A stretch of 64,000 bases of DNA from the human T2T-CHM13v2.0 reference genome, Homo sapiens. Position 1 is the stretch's first letter. Each line of letters opens with the position of its first letter. The stretch lies in NCBI RefSeq assembly GCF_009914755.1, contig NC_060933.1. One strand, 5' to 3'. Under the pieces are notes generated by a model that ran no database searches, had not been told where the DNA came from, and saw only the letters and a list, made by a program, of their open reading frames with translations. The position numbers and the translations under genes are program-made. This document shows, piece by piece, positions 42,101-56,299 of the stretch.

Positions 42101-45100
42101 GTAATGGAGTGTAAGGAATTGAATACAATCAATCCGAATGTAATGGAATGGAATGGAACGGAATGGAATGGAATGGAATGCAGTGGAATGGAATCAAACC
42201 TAGTGCAATGGAATGGAATGGAATGGAATGCAATGGAATGGATTGGATTCAACCCAAATGGAATGGAAAGCAATAGAATCAACCCGAGTGGAATGGCATG
42301 GAATGGAATGGAATGGAATGGAATGGAATGGAATGGAATGGTACGGAATAGAATGGAATGGAACGAAATGGAATGGAATGGAATGGAATGGAACGGAATG
42401 GAATGGAATCAACTCGATTGCAATGGAATGTAATGGAATGGAATGGAATTAACGCGAATAGAATGGAATGGAATGGAATGGAACGGAATTGAATGGAATG
42501 GGATGGAATGGAATCAATCTGAGTGCAGGGGAATGGAATGGAATGGAATGCAATGGAATGGAATGGAATGGAATGGAATGCAATGGAATCAACTCGATTG
42601 CAATTGGATGGGATGTAATGGAATGGAATGGAATGGAAGGGAATGGAATGGAATGGAATTAACCTGAACAGAATGGAATGGAATGGAATGGAACGGAATG
42701 GAATGGAAACAACCCGAATGGAATGGAATGTAATGGAGTGTAAGGGAATTGAATAGAATCAATACGAATGTAATGGAATGGAATGGAACGGAATGGAATG
42801 GAATGGAATGGAATGCAATGCAATGGAATGGGATCAACCCGAGTGTAATGGAATGGAATCGAAAGGAATGGAATGGAATGGAATGGTTTCAACCCGAATG
42901 GAATGGAAAGGAATGGAATCATCCAGAGTGGAATGGAATGGAATGGAATGGAATGGAATGGAATGGAATGGAATGGAATGGAATGAACCCGTGTGCAATG
43001 GAATGGAATCGAATGGAATGGAATGGAATGGAATGGATTCAAGTCGAATGGAATGGAAAGGAATGGAATCAACCCGAGTGGAATGGCATGGAATGGAATG
43101 GAATGAAATGGAATGGAATGGAATGGAATGGTACGGAATAGAACGGAATGAAACGAAATGGAATGGAATGGAATGGAATGGAAAGGAATGGAATGGAATC
43201 AACCCGAGTGCAGGGGAATGGAATGGAATGGAAGGCAATGGAATGCAATCATCCGGAATTGAATGGAATGGAATGGAATGGAATGGAATCAACTCGATTG
43301 CAATGGAATGTAATGGAATGCAATGGAATGGAATTAACCCTAATAGAATGGAATGGAATGGAATGGAAGGGAATGGAATGGAATGGAATGGAATGGAATG
43401 GAATTAACCGGAATAGGATGCAATGGAATGGAATGGAATGGAATGGAATGGAATGGAATGAAATGGAATCAAGTCGATTTCAATGGAATGGAATGGAATG
43501 CAATGGAATGGAATGGAATGGAATGGAATGAAATTAACCCGAATAGAATGGAATGGAATGGAATGGAATGGAATAGAATGGAATGGAATAGAGTGGAATG
43601 GAATGGAATGGAATAGAATGGAATCCACCCGAGTGCAGGGGAATGGAATGGAATGGAATGCAATGGAATGGAATCATACGGAATGGAATGGAATGGAATG
43701 GAATGGAATCAACCCGATTGCAATGGAATGGAGTGGAATGGAATGGAATGGAATGGAAACAACCCGAATGGAATGGAATGGAATGGAGTGTAAGGGAATT
43801 GAATAGAATCAATACGAATGTAATGGAATGGAATGGAGTGTAAGGGAAGTGAATAGAATCAATACGAATGTAATGGAATGGAATGGAACGGAATGGAATG
43901 CAATGGAATGGAATGGAATCCAATGGAATGGGTTCAACCCGAGTGCAATGGAATGGAATCGAAAGTAATGGAATGGAATGGAATGGATTCAACACGAATG
44001 GAATGGAAAGGAATGGAATCAACCCGAGTGGAATGGAATTTAATGGAATGGAATGGAATGGAATGCAGTGAAATGGAATCAAACCTAGTGCAATGGAATG
44101 GAATGGAATTGAATGGAATGGAATGGATTAGATTCAACCCAAATGGAATGGAAAGCAATGGAATCAACCCGAGTGGAATGGCATGGCATGGAATGGAATG
44201 GAATGGAATGGAATGGAAAGGTACGGAATAGAATGGAATGGAACGAAATGGAATGGAATGGGATGGAATGGAATGGAATGGAATGGAATGGAATAGAATG
44301 GAATCCACCCGATTACAGGGGAATGGAATGGAATGGAATGCAATGGAATGGAATGGAATGGATTCAACCCGAATGGAATGGAAAGGAAAGGAATAAACCC
44401 GAGTGAAATGGCATGGAAGGGAATGGAATGGAATGCAATGGTACGGAGTAGAATGGAATGGAACGAAATGGAATGGAATGCAATGGAATGGCATGGAATT
44501 GGATGGAATGAACCCGTGAGCAATGGAATGGAATGGAATGGAATGCAATGGAATGGAATGGAATGGGTTCAACTCGAATGGAATGGAAAGGAATGGAATC
44601 AACCCGAGTGGAATGGCATGGAATGGAATGGAATGGAATGGAATTGAATGGAATGGAATGGATTCAACCCGAATGGAATGGATTCAACCCGAATGGAATG
44701 GAAAGGAACGGAATAAACCCGAGTGGAATGGCATGGAATGGAGTGGAATGGAATGGAATGGAAGGGAATGGTATGGAATAGAATGGAATGGAACGAAATG
44801 GAATGGAATGGAATGGAATGGAATGGAATGGAATGGAATGGAATGAACCCGTGTGCAATTGAATGGAATCGAATGGAATGGAATGCAATGGAATGGATTC
44901 AACTAGAATGGAATGGAAAGGAATGGAATCAACCCGAGTGGAATGGCATGGCATGGAATGGAATGGAATGGAATGGAATGGAAAGGTATGGAATAGAATG
45001 GAATGGAACGAAATGGAATGGAATGGAATGGAATGAATGGAATGGAATGGAATAGAATGGAATCCACCCGATTGCAGGGGAATGGAATGGAACGGAATGC

Positions 45101-47279
45101 AATGGAATGGAATGGAATGGATTCAACCCGAATGGAATGGAAAGGAATGGAATCAACCCGAGTGGAATGGCATGGAATGGAATGGAATGGAATGGAATGG
45201 TACGGAATAGAATGGAATGGAACGAAATGGAATGGAATGGAATGGAATGGAATGGAATGGAATGGAATGGAATCAACCTGAGTGCAATGGAATGGAGTGG
45301 AATGGAATGTAATGGAACGGAAACAACCCGAATGGAATGGAATGGAATGGAGTGTAAGGGAATTGAATACAATCAATCCGAATGTAATGGAATGGAATGG
45401 AATGGAATGGAATGGAATGGAATGGAATGAAATGGAATGGCAGGGAATGGAATGGAATCAACCCGAGTGCAAAGGAATGCAATGGAATGGAATGGAATGG
45501 AATGGAATGGAATGGATTCAACCCGAATGGAATGGAAAGGAATGTAATAAACCTGAGTGGAATGGCATGTAATGGAATGGAATGGAATGGAATGGTACGG
45601 AATAGAATGGAATGGAACGAAATGGAATGGAAAGGAATGGAATCAACCTGAGTGCAATGGAATGGAGTGGAATGGAATGTAATGGAATGGAAACAACCCG
45701 AATGGAATGGAATGTAATGGAGTGTAAGGGAATTGAATACAATCAATCCGAATGTAATGGAATGGAATGGAACGGAATGGAATGGAATGGAATGCAGTGG
45801 AATGGAATCAAACCTAGTGCAATGGAATGGAATGGAATGGAATGGAATGGAATGGAATGGATTGGATTCAACCCAAATGGAATGGAAAGCAATGGAATCA
45901 ACCCGAGTGGAATGGCATGGAATGGAATGGAATGGAATGGAATGGAATGGTACAGAATAAAATGGAATGGAACGAAATGGAATGGAATCAACTCGATTGC
46001 AGTGGAATGTAATGGAATGGAATGGAATGGAATTAACGCGAATAGAATGGAATGGAATGTAATGGAACGGAATGGAATGGAATGGGATGGAATGGAATCA
46101 ATCTGAGTGCAGGAGAATGGAATGGAATGGAATGCAATGGAATGGAATGGAATGGAATGGAATGGAATGCAATGGAATCAACTAGATTGCAATGGGTTGG
46201 AATGGAATGGAATGGAATGGAAGGGAATGGAATGGAATGGAATTAACCTGAACAGAATGGAATGGAATGGAATGGAACGGAATGGAATGGAATGGAATGG
46301 AATGGAATGGAATGCAATGCAATGGGATCAACCCGAGAGCAGGGGAATGGAATGGAATGGAATGCAATGGAATGGAATCAATCAACCCGAGTGCAATAGA
46401 ATGCAGTGGAATGGAATGGAATGGAATGGAAATTACCCGAATGGAAAGGAATGTAATGGAGTGTAAGGGAATTAAAAAGAATCAATCCGAATGTAATGGA
46501 ATGGAATGGAACGGAATGGAATGGAATGGAATGGAATGGAATGGAATGAAATTGAATGGCATGGAATGGAATGGAATCAACCCGAGTTCAATGGATTGGA
46601 ATCAAATGGAATGGAATGGAATGGAATGGATTCAACCCGAATGGAATGGAAAGGAATGGAATAAACCCGAGTGAAATGGCATGGAAGGGAAAGGAATGGA
46701 ATGGAATGGTAAGGAATAGAATGGAATGGAACGAAATGGAATGGAATGGAATGGAATGGAATGGAATGGAATGGAATGAACCCGTGTGCAATGGAATGGA
46801 ATGGAATGGAATGGAATGGAATGGAAGGGGTTCAACCAGAATGGAATGGAAAGGAATGGAATCAACCCGAGTGGAATGGCATGGAATGGAATGGAATGGA
46901 ATGGAATGAAACGGAATGGAAGGGAATGGATTGAAATGGAATGGAATGGAATGGAATCAACCCGAGTGCAATGTAATGGAATTGAATGGAATGGAATGGA
47001 ATGGAATGGAATGAATTCAACCCGAATGGAATGGAAAGGAATGGAATAAACCCGAGTGGAATGGCATGGAATGGAGTGGAATGGAATGGAATGGAATACT
47101 ACGGAAGAGAATGGAATGGAACGAAATGGAATGGAATGGAATGGAATGGAATGGAATGGAATGGAATGGGTTCAACTCGAATGGAATGGAAAGGAATGGA
47201 ATCAACCCGAGTGGAATGGCATGGAATGGAATGGAATGGAATGGAATGGAATTGAATGGAATGGAATGGAATGGTACGG

Positions 47280-50100
47280 AATAGAATGGAATGGAACGAA
47301 ATGGAATGGAATGGAATGGAATGGAATGGAATGGAATGGAATGGAATGGAATGGAATGGAACGGAATCAACCCGAGTGCAGGGGAATGGAATGGAATGAA
47401 AGGAAATGGAAGGGAATCATCAGGAATTGAATGGAATGGAATGGAATGGAATGGAATGGAATGGAATGAACTCGATTGAAATGGAATGGAATGGAATGGA
47501 ATGGAATGGAATGGAATGGAATTAACCCTAATAGAATGGAATGGAATGGAATGGAATGGAATGGAATGGAATGGAATGGAATGGAATTAACCTGAATAGA
47601 ATGGAATGCATTGGAACGGAATGGAATGGAATGGAATGGAATGGAATGGAATGGAATGGAATGGAATGGAATGGAATGGAATCAACTCGATTTCAATGGA
47701 ATGGAATGGAAAGGAATGGAATGGAATGAAAGGGAATGGAATGGAATGAAATGGAATGGAATGGAATGGAATGAAATTAACCCGAATAGAATGGAATGGA
47801 ATGGCATGGAATGGAATGGAATGGAATGGAATGGAATGGAATGGAATGGAATGGAATGGAATGGAATAGAATGGAATCCACCCGAGTGCAGGGGAATGGA
47901 ATGGAATGGAATGCAATGGAATGGAATCATACGGAAAGGAATGGAATGGAATGGAATGGAATGGATTCAACCCGAATGGAATGGAAAGGAATGGAATCAA
48001 CCCGAGTGGAATGGCATGGAATGGAATGGAATGGAACGGAATGGAATGTTAAGGAATAGAAAGCATGGAACGAAATGGAATGGAATGGAATGAAATGGAA
48101 TGGAATGGAATGGAATCAACCTGACTGCAATGGAATGGAGTGGAATGGAATGTAATGGAATGGAAACAGCCCGAATGGAATGGAATGTAATGGAGTGTAA
48201 GGGAATTGAGTACAATCAGTACGAATGTAATGGAATGGAATGGAACGGAATGGAATGGAATGGAAAGGAATGGAATCAACACGAGTGCAGGGGAATGGAA
48301 TGGAAGGGAATACAATGGAATGGAATCATCCTGAATGGAATGGAATGCAATGGAATGGAATCAATCAACCCGAGTGCAATAGAATGCAGAGGAATGGAAT
48401 GGAATGGAATGGAAAGTACCCGAATGGAATGGAATGTAATTGAGTGTAAGGGAATTAAAAAGAATCAATCCGAATGTAATGGAATTGAACGGAAAGGAAT
48501 GGAATGGAATGGAACGGAATGGAATGGAATGGAATGAAATGGAATGGCATGGAATGGAATGGAATCAACCCGAGTTCAATGGAATGGAATGGAATGGAAT
48601 GGAATGAATTCAACCGGAATGGAATGGAAAGGAATGGAATAAACCCGAGTGAAATGACATGGAAGGGAATGCAATGGAATGGAATGGTAAGGAATAGAAT
48701 GGAATGGAACGAAATGGAATGGAATGGAATGGAATGGAATGGAATGGAATGGAATGGAATGGAATGGAATGGAACGGAATCAACCCGAGTGCAGGGGAAT
48801 GGAATGGAATGAAAGGAAATGGAAGGGAATCATCAGGAATTGAATGGAATGGAATGGAATGGAATGGAATGGAATGGAATGAACTCGATTGAAATGGAAT
48901 GGAATGGAATGGAATGGAATGGAATGGAATGGAATTAACCCTAATAGAATGGAATGGAATGGAATGGAATGGAATGGAATGGAATTGAATGGAATTAACC
49001 TGAATAGAATGGAATGCATTGGAACGGAATGGAATGGAATGGAATGGAATGGAATGGAATGGAATGGAATGGAATCAACTCGATTTCAATGGAATGGAAT
49101 GGAAAGGAATGGAATGGAATGAAAGGGAATGGAATGGAATGAAATGGAATGGAATGGAATGGAATGAAATTAACCCGAATAGAATGGAATGGAATGGCAT
49201 GGAATGGAATGGAATGGAATGGAATGGAATGGAATGGAATGGAATGGAATAGAATGGAATCCACCCGAGTGCAGGGGAATGGAATGGAATGGAATGCAAT
49301 GGAATGGAATCATACGGAAAGGAATGGAATGGAATGGAATGGAATGGATTCAACCCGAATGGAATGGAAAGGAATGGAATCAACCCGAGTGGAATGGCAT
49401 GGAATGGAATGGAATGGAACGGAATGGAATGTTAAGGAATAGAAAGAATGGAACGAAATGGAATGGAATGGAATGAAATGGAATGGAATGGAATGGAATC
49501 AACCTGACTGCAATGGAATGGAGTGGAATGGAATGTAATGGAATGGAAACAGCCCGAATGGAATGGAATGTAATGGAGTGTAAGGGAATTGAGTACAATC
49601 AGTACGAATGTAATGGAATGGAATGGAACGGAATGGAATGGAATGGAAAGGAATGGAATCAACACGAGTGCAGGGGAATGGAATGGAAGGGAATACAATG
49701 GAATGGAATCATCCTGAATGGAATGGAATGCAATGGAATGGAATCAATCAACCCGAGTGCAATAGAATGCAGAGGAATGGAATGGAATGGAATGGAAAGT
49801 ACCCGAATGGAATGGAATGTAATTGAGTGTAAGGGAATTAAAAAGAATCAATCCGAATGTAATGGAATTGAACGGAAAGGAATGGAATGGAATGGAACGG
49901 AATGGAATGGAATGGAATGAAATGGAATGGCATGGAATGGAATGGAATCAACCCGAGTTCAATGGAATGGAATGGAATGGAATGGAATGGATTCAACCGG
50001 AATGGAATGGAAAGGAATGGAATAAACCCGAGTGAAATGACATGGAAGGGAATGCAATGGAATGGAATGGTAAGGAATAGAATGGAATGGAACGAAATGG
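47280..50100 (-). repeat. Recent ~1.4 kb direct tandem duplication
   Basis: ORFs 48100..48537 and 49483..49920 translate identically (offset 1383). Private motifs recur: AGGAAATGGAAGGGAATCATCAGG 47401/48814 and ATTGAGTACAATCAGTACG 48205/49588. Confidence 0.9.
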
Positions 50101-53100
50101 AATGGAATGGAATGGAATGGAATGGAATGGATTGGAATGGAATGAACCCGTGTGCAATGGAATGGAATGGAATGGAATGGAATGGAATAGAATGGAATGG
50201 GTTCAACTGGAATGGAATGGAAAGTAATGGAATCAACCCGAGTGGAATGGCATGGAATGGAATGGAATGGAAGGGAATGGAATGGAAGGGAATGGAATGA
50301 AATGGAATGGAATGGAATGGAATCAACCCGAGTGCAATGGAATGGAATGGAATGGAATGGAATGGAATGAATTCAACCCGAATGGAATGGAAAGGAATGG
50401 AATAAACCCGAGTGGAATGGCATGGAATGAAGTGGAATGGAATGGAATGGAATGGTACGGAAGAGAATGGAATGGAAAGAAATGGAATGAAATGGAATAG
50501 AATGGAATGGAATGCAATGAATCCGTGAGCAATGGAATGGAATGGAATGGAATGGAATCGAATGGAATGGATTCTACTCGAATGGAATGGAAAGTAATGG
50601 AATCAACCCGTGTGGAATGGCATGGAATGGAATGGAATGGAATGGAAAGGAATGGAATCAACCCGAGTGCAGAGGAATGGAATGGAATGGAAGGCAATGG
50701 ATTGGAATGAAATGGAATGGCATGGAATGGAATGGAATCAACCCGAGTTCAATGGAATTGAATGGAATGGAATGGAATAGAATGGAATGGAATCAACTCG
50801 ATTGCAATGGAATGGAATGGAATGGAATGGAATGGAATGGAATGGAATTAACCCTAATAGAATGGAATGGAATGGAATAGAATGGAATGGAATGGAAGGG
50901 AATGGAATGGAATGGAATGGAATTAACCAGAATAGAATGGAATGGAATGGAATTGAATGGAATGGAATGGAATGGAATCAACTCGATTTCAATGGAATGG
51001 AATGGAATGGAATGGAATGGAATGGAATAGAATGGAATCCACCTGAGTGCAGGGGAATGGAATGGAATAGAATGCAATGGAATGGAATCATACGGAATGG
51101 AATGGAATGGAATGGAATTTAATGGAATGGAATGGAATGGAAACAAACCGAATGGAATGGAATGTGATGGATTGTAAGGGAATTGAATAGAATCAATCCG
51201 AATGTAATGGAATTGAATGGAACGGAATGGAATGTAATGGAATGGAATGGAATGGAATGGAATGGAATGCAAAGGAATGGGATCAACCCGAGTGCAATGG
51301 AATGGAATCGAAAGGAATGGAATGGAATGGAAAGGCTTCACCCCGAATGGAATGGAAAGGAATGGAATCAACCCGAGTGGAATGGAATGGAATGGAATGG
51401 AATGGAATGGAATGCAATGGAATGGAACGGAATGGAATCAACCCGATTGCAATGAAATTGAATGGAATGGAATGGAATGGAATGGAATGGAATTAACCCG
51501 AATAGAATGGAATGGAATGGAATGGAATGGTATGGAATGGAAGGGAACGGAATGGAATGGAATGGAATGGAATGGAATCAACCCGGGTGCAGGGGAATGC
51601 AATTGAATGGAAGGCAATGGAATGCAATCATCCGGAATGGAATGGAATAGAATGGAATGGAATGGTTTCAACCCGAACGGAATGGAATGGAAAGGAATCA
51701 ACCCGAGTGGAATGGCATGGAATGGAATGGAATGGAATGGAATGGAATGGAATGGAATGGAATGGTATGGAATAGAATGGAATGGAACGAAATGGAATGG
51801 AAAGGAATGGAATGGAATGGAATGGAATCAACCCGACTGCAATGGAATGGAATGGAAAGGAATTGAATGGAATGGAAACAACCCGAATGGAATGGAATGT
51901 AATGGAGTGTAAGGGAATTGAATACAATCAATACGAATGTAATGGAATGGAATGGAACGGAATGGAATGGAATGGAATGGAATGGAATGGAATGGAATGG
52001 ATTCAACCCAAATGGAATGGAAAGCAATGGAATCAACCCGAGTGGAATGGCATGGAACGGAATGGAATGGAATGGTATGGAATAGAATGGAATGGAAAGA
52101 AATGGAATGGAATGGAATGGAATGGAACGGAATGGAATGGAATCAATCCAAGTGGATTAGAAGGGAATGCAATCGAGTAGAATGGAAAGGAATGGAATCA
52201 ACCAGAGTGGAATGGAAGGGTATGCAATGGAATGGAAACTAATAAAATGGAATCAACACGAGTGGAATGGAATGGAAAGGACTTGAATGGAATGGAATGG
52301 AATGGAATGGAATCAACTCGATTGCAATGGAATGTAATGGAATGGAATTGAATGGAATTAATGCGAATAAAGTGGATTGGAATGGAATGGAACGGAATGG
52401 AATGGAATGGAATGGAATGGAATCAAACTGAGTGCAGGGGAATGGAATGGAATGGAATGGAATAGAATGGAATGGAATGGAAGGGAATGGAATGGAATGG
52501 AATTAACCTGAACAGAATGGAATGGAATGGAATGGAACGGAATGGAATGGAATGGAATGGAATGGAATCCACCCGAGTTCAAGGGAATGGAATGGAATGG
52601 AATGCAATGGAAGGGAATCAATCAACCCGAGTGCAATAGAATGCAGTGGAATGGAATGGAATGGAATGGAAAGTACCCGAATGGAATGGAATGTAATGGA
52701 GTGTAAGGGAATTAAAAAGAATCAATACGAATGTAATTGAATGGAATGGAACGGAATAGAATGGAATGGAATGGAATGGAATGGAATGAAATGGAATGGC
52801 ATGGAATGGAATGGAATCAACCCGAGTGCAATGGAATGGAATTGAATGGAATGGAAGGGAATGGAATGGATTGAACCCGAATGCAATGGAAAGGAATGGA
52901 ATAAACCCGAGTGGAATGGCATGGAATGGAATGGAATGGAATGGAATGGAATGGTACGGAATAGAATGGAAAAGAACGAAATGGAATGGAATGGAATGGA
53001 ATGGAATGAACCCGTGTGCAATGGAATGGAATGGAATGGAATGCAATGGAATGGAATGGAATGGAATGCAATGGAATGGAATGGGTTCAACTCGAAAGGA

Positions 53101-56100
53101 ATGGAAAGGAATGGAATCAACCCGAGTGGAATGGCATGGAATGGAATGGAATGGAATGGTATGGAATGGAATGGAATGGAATGGAATGGAATGGAATGGA
53201 ATGGAATGGATTGGAATCAACCCGAGTGTAATGTAATGGAATCGAATGGAATGGAATGGAATGGAATGGATTCAACCCAAATGGAATTGAAAGGAATGGA
53301 ATCAACCTGAGTGGAATGGCATGGAATGGACTGGAATGGAATGGAATGGTACGGAATAGAATGGAATGGAACGAAATGGAATGGAATGGAATGGAATGGA
53401 ATGGAATGGAATGGAATGGAATGGAATGAACCCGTGTGCAATGGAATGGAATCGAATGGAATGGAATGGAATGGAAAGGATACAACTCGAATGGAATGGA
53501 AAGGAATGAAATCAACCCGAGTGGAATGGCATGGACTGGAATGGAATGGAATGGAATGGAATGGAATGGAATTGAATGGTGCGGATTAGAATCGAATGGA
53601 ATGAAATGGAATGGAATGGAATGGAATGGAATGGAAACAACCCGAGTGCATGGTAATGGAATGGAATGAAAGGCAATGGAATGGAATCATCCGGAATGGA
53701 ATGGAATGGAATGGAATGGAATGGAATGGAATGGAATGGAATCAACTCGATTGCAATGGAATGGAATGGAATGGAATGGAATGGAATGGAATGGAATGGA
53801 ATTAACCCGAATAGAATCGAAGGGAATGGAATGTAATGGAATGGAATGGAATGGAAGGGAATGGAATGTAATGGAATGGAATGGAATTAACCCGAATAGA
53901 ATGGAATGGAACGGAAAGGAAGGGAATGGAATGGAATGTAATCAACTCGAGTGCAGGGGAAAGCAATGCAATGGAATGAAATGGAATGGAGTCATACGAA
54001 ATGGAAGGGAATGGAATGGAATCAACCAGAGTGCAATGGAATGGAGTGGCATGGAATGGAATAGAATGGAAACAACACGAATGGAATAGAATGTATTGGA
54101 GTGTAAGGGAATTGAATAGAATCAATCCGAATGTAATTGAATGGAACGGAAAGGAATGGAATGGAATGGAATGGAATGGAATGGAATGGAATGGAATGGA
54201 ATTAAATGGAATGGCATGGAATGGAATGGAATCAACCCGAGTTCAATGGAATGGAATGGAATGGAATGGAATGGAATGGAATGGAATCAACTCGATTGCA
54301 ATGGAATGGAATGGAATGGAATGGAATGGAATGGAATGGAATTAACCCTACTAGAATGGAATGGAATGGAATGGAATGGAATGGAATGGAATGGAATGGA
54401 ATGGAATTAACCCTATTAGAATGGAATGGAATGGAATGGAATGGAATAGAATGGAATGGAAGGGAATGGAATGGAATGGAATGGAATGGAATTAACCCGA
54501 ATAGAATGGAATGGAATGGAATGGAATGGAATGGAATGGAATGGAATGGGATCAACCCGAGTGAAATGGAATGGAATCGAAAGGAATGGAATGGAATGGA
54601 ATGGTTTCAACCCGAATGGAATGGAAAGGAATGGAATCAACCCGAGTGGAATGGAATGGAATGGAATGGAATGGAATGGGTTCAACTCGAATGGAATGGA
54701 AAGGAATGGAATTAACCCGAGTGGAATGGCATGGAATGGAATGGAATGGAATGGAATGGAAGGTTATGGAATGGAATGGAATTAACCTGAACAGAATGGA
54801 AGGGAATGGAATGGAACGGAACGGAATGGAATGGAATGGAATGGAATGGAATGGAATGGAATGCAATGGAATGGGATCAACCCGAGTACAGGGGAATGGA
54901 ATGCAATGGAATGCATTGGAATGGAATCATCCGGAATGGAATGGAATGGAATGGAATGCAATGGAATGGAATCAATCAACCCGAGTGCAATAGAATGCAG
55001 TGGAATGGAATGGAATGGTATGGAAACTACCCGAATGGAATAGAATGTAATGGAGTGTAAGGGAATTAAAAAGAATCAATCCGAATGTAATGGAATTGAA
55101 TGGAACGGAATGGAATGGAATGGAATGGAATGGAATGGAATTAACCCGAATAGAATGGAATGGAATGGAATGGAATGGAATGGAAGTAAATGGAATGGAA
55201 TGGAATGAACCCGAGTGCAGGGGAATGGAATGGAATGGAATGCAATGGAATGGAGTCATCCGGAATGGAACAGAAAGGAATGGAATGGAATCAACCCGTG
55301 TGCAATGGAATGGAAAGGAATGGAATGGAATGGAATGGAATGGATTCAACCCGAATGGAATGGAAAGGAAGGGAATTATCCCAAGTGGAATGGCATGGAA
55401 TGGAATGGAATGGAATGGAAGGGAATGGAATGGAATGGAATGGTACCGAATAGAATGGAATGGAACGAAATGGAATAGAATGGAATGGAATGGAATGGAA
55501 TCAACCCGAGTGCAATGGAATGGAGTGGAATGGAATGGAATGACATGGAAACAACCCGAATGGAATGGAATGAAATGGAGTGTAAGGGAATTGAATACAA
55601 TCAATCCGAATGTAATGGAATGGAATGGAACGGAATGGAATGGAATGGAATGGAATGCAGTGGAATGGAATCAAACCTAGTGCAATGGAATGGAATGGAA
55701 TGGAATGGAATGGAATGGAATGGATTCAACCCAAATGGAATGGAAAGCAATGGAATCAACCCGAGTGGAATGGCATGGAATGGAATGGAATGGAATGGAA
55801 TGGAATGGAATGGAATGGTACGGAATAGAATGGAATGGAACGAAATGGAATGGAATGGAATGGAATGGAACGGAATGGAATGGAATCAACTCGATTGCAA
55901 TGGAATGTAATGGAATGGAATGGAATGCAATTAACGCGAATAGAATGGAATGGAATGGAATGGAACGGAATGGAATGGAATGGAATGGAATGGAATCGAA
56001 TGGAATCAACCTGAGTGCAGGGGAATGGAATGGAATGGAATGCAATGGAATGTAATGGAATGGAATGCAATGGAATCAACTCGATTGCAATGGGATGGAA

Positions 56101-56299
56101 TGGAATGGAATGGAAGGGAAAGGAATAGAATGGAATTAACCTGAACAGAATGGAATGGAATGGAATGGAACGGAATGGATTGGAACGGAATGGAATGGAA
56201 TGGAATGGAATGAACCCGTGTGCAATGGATTGGAATGGAATGGAATGGAATGGAATGGAATGGGTTCAACTCGAATGGAATGGAAAGGAATGGAATCAA

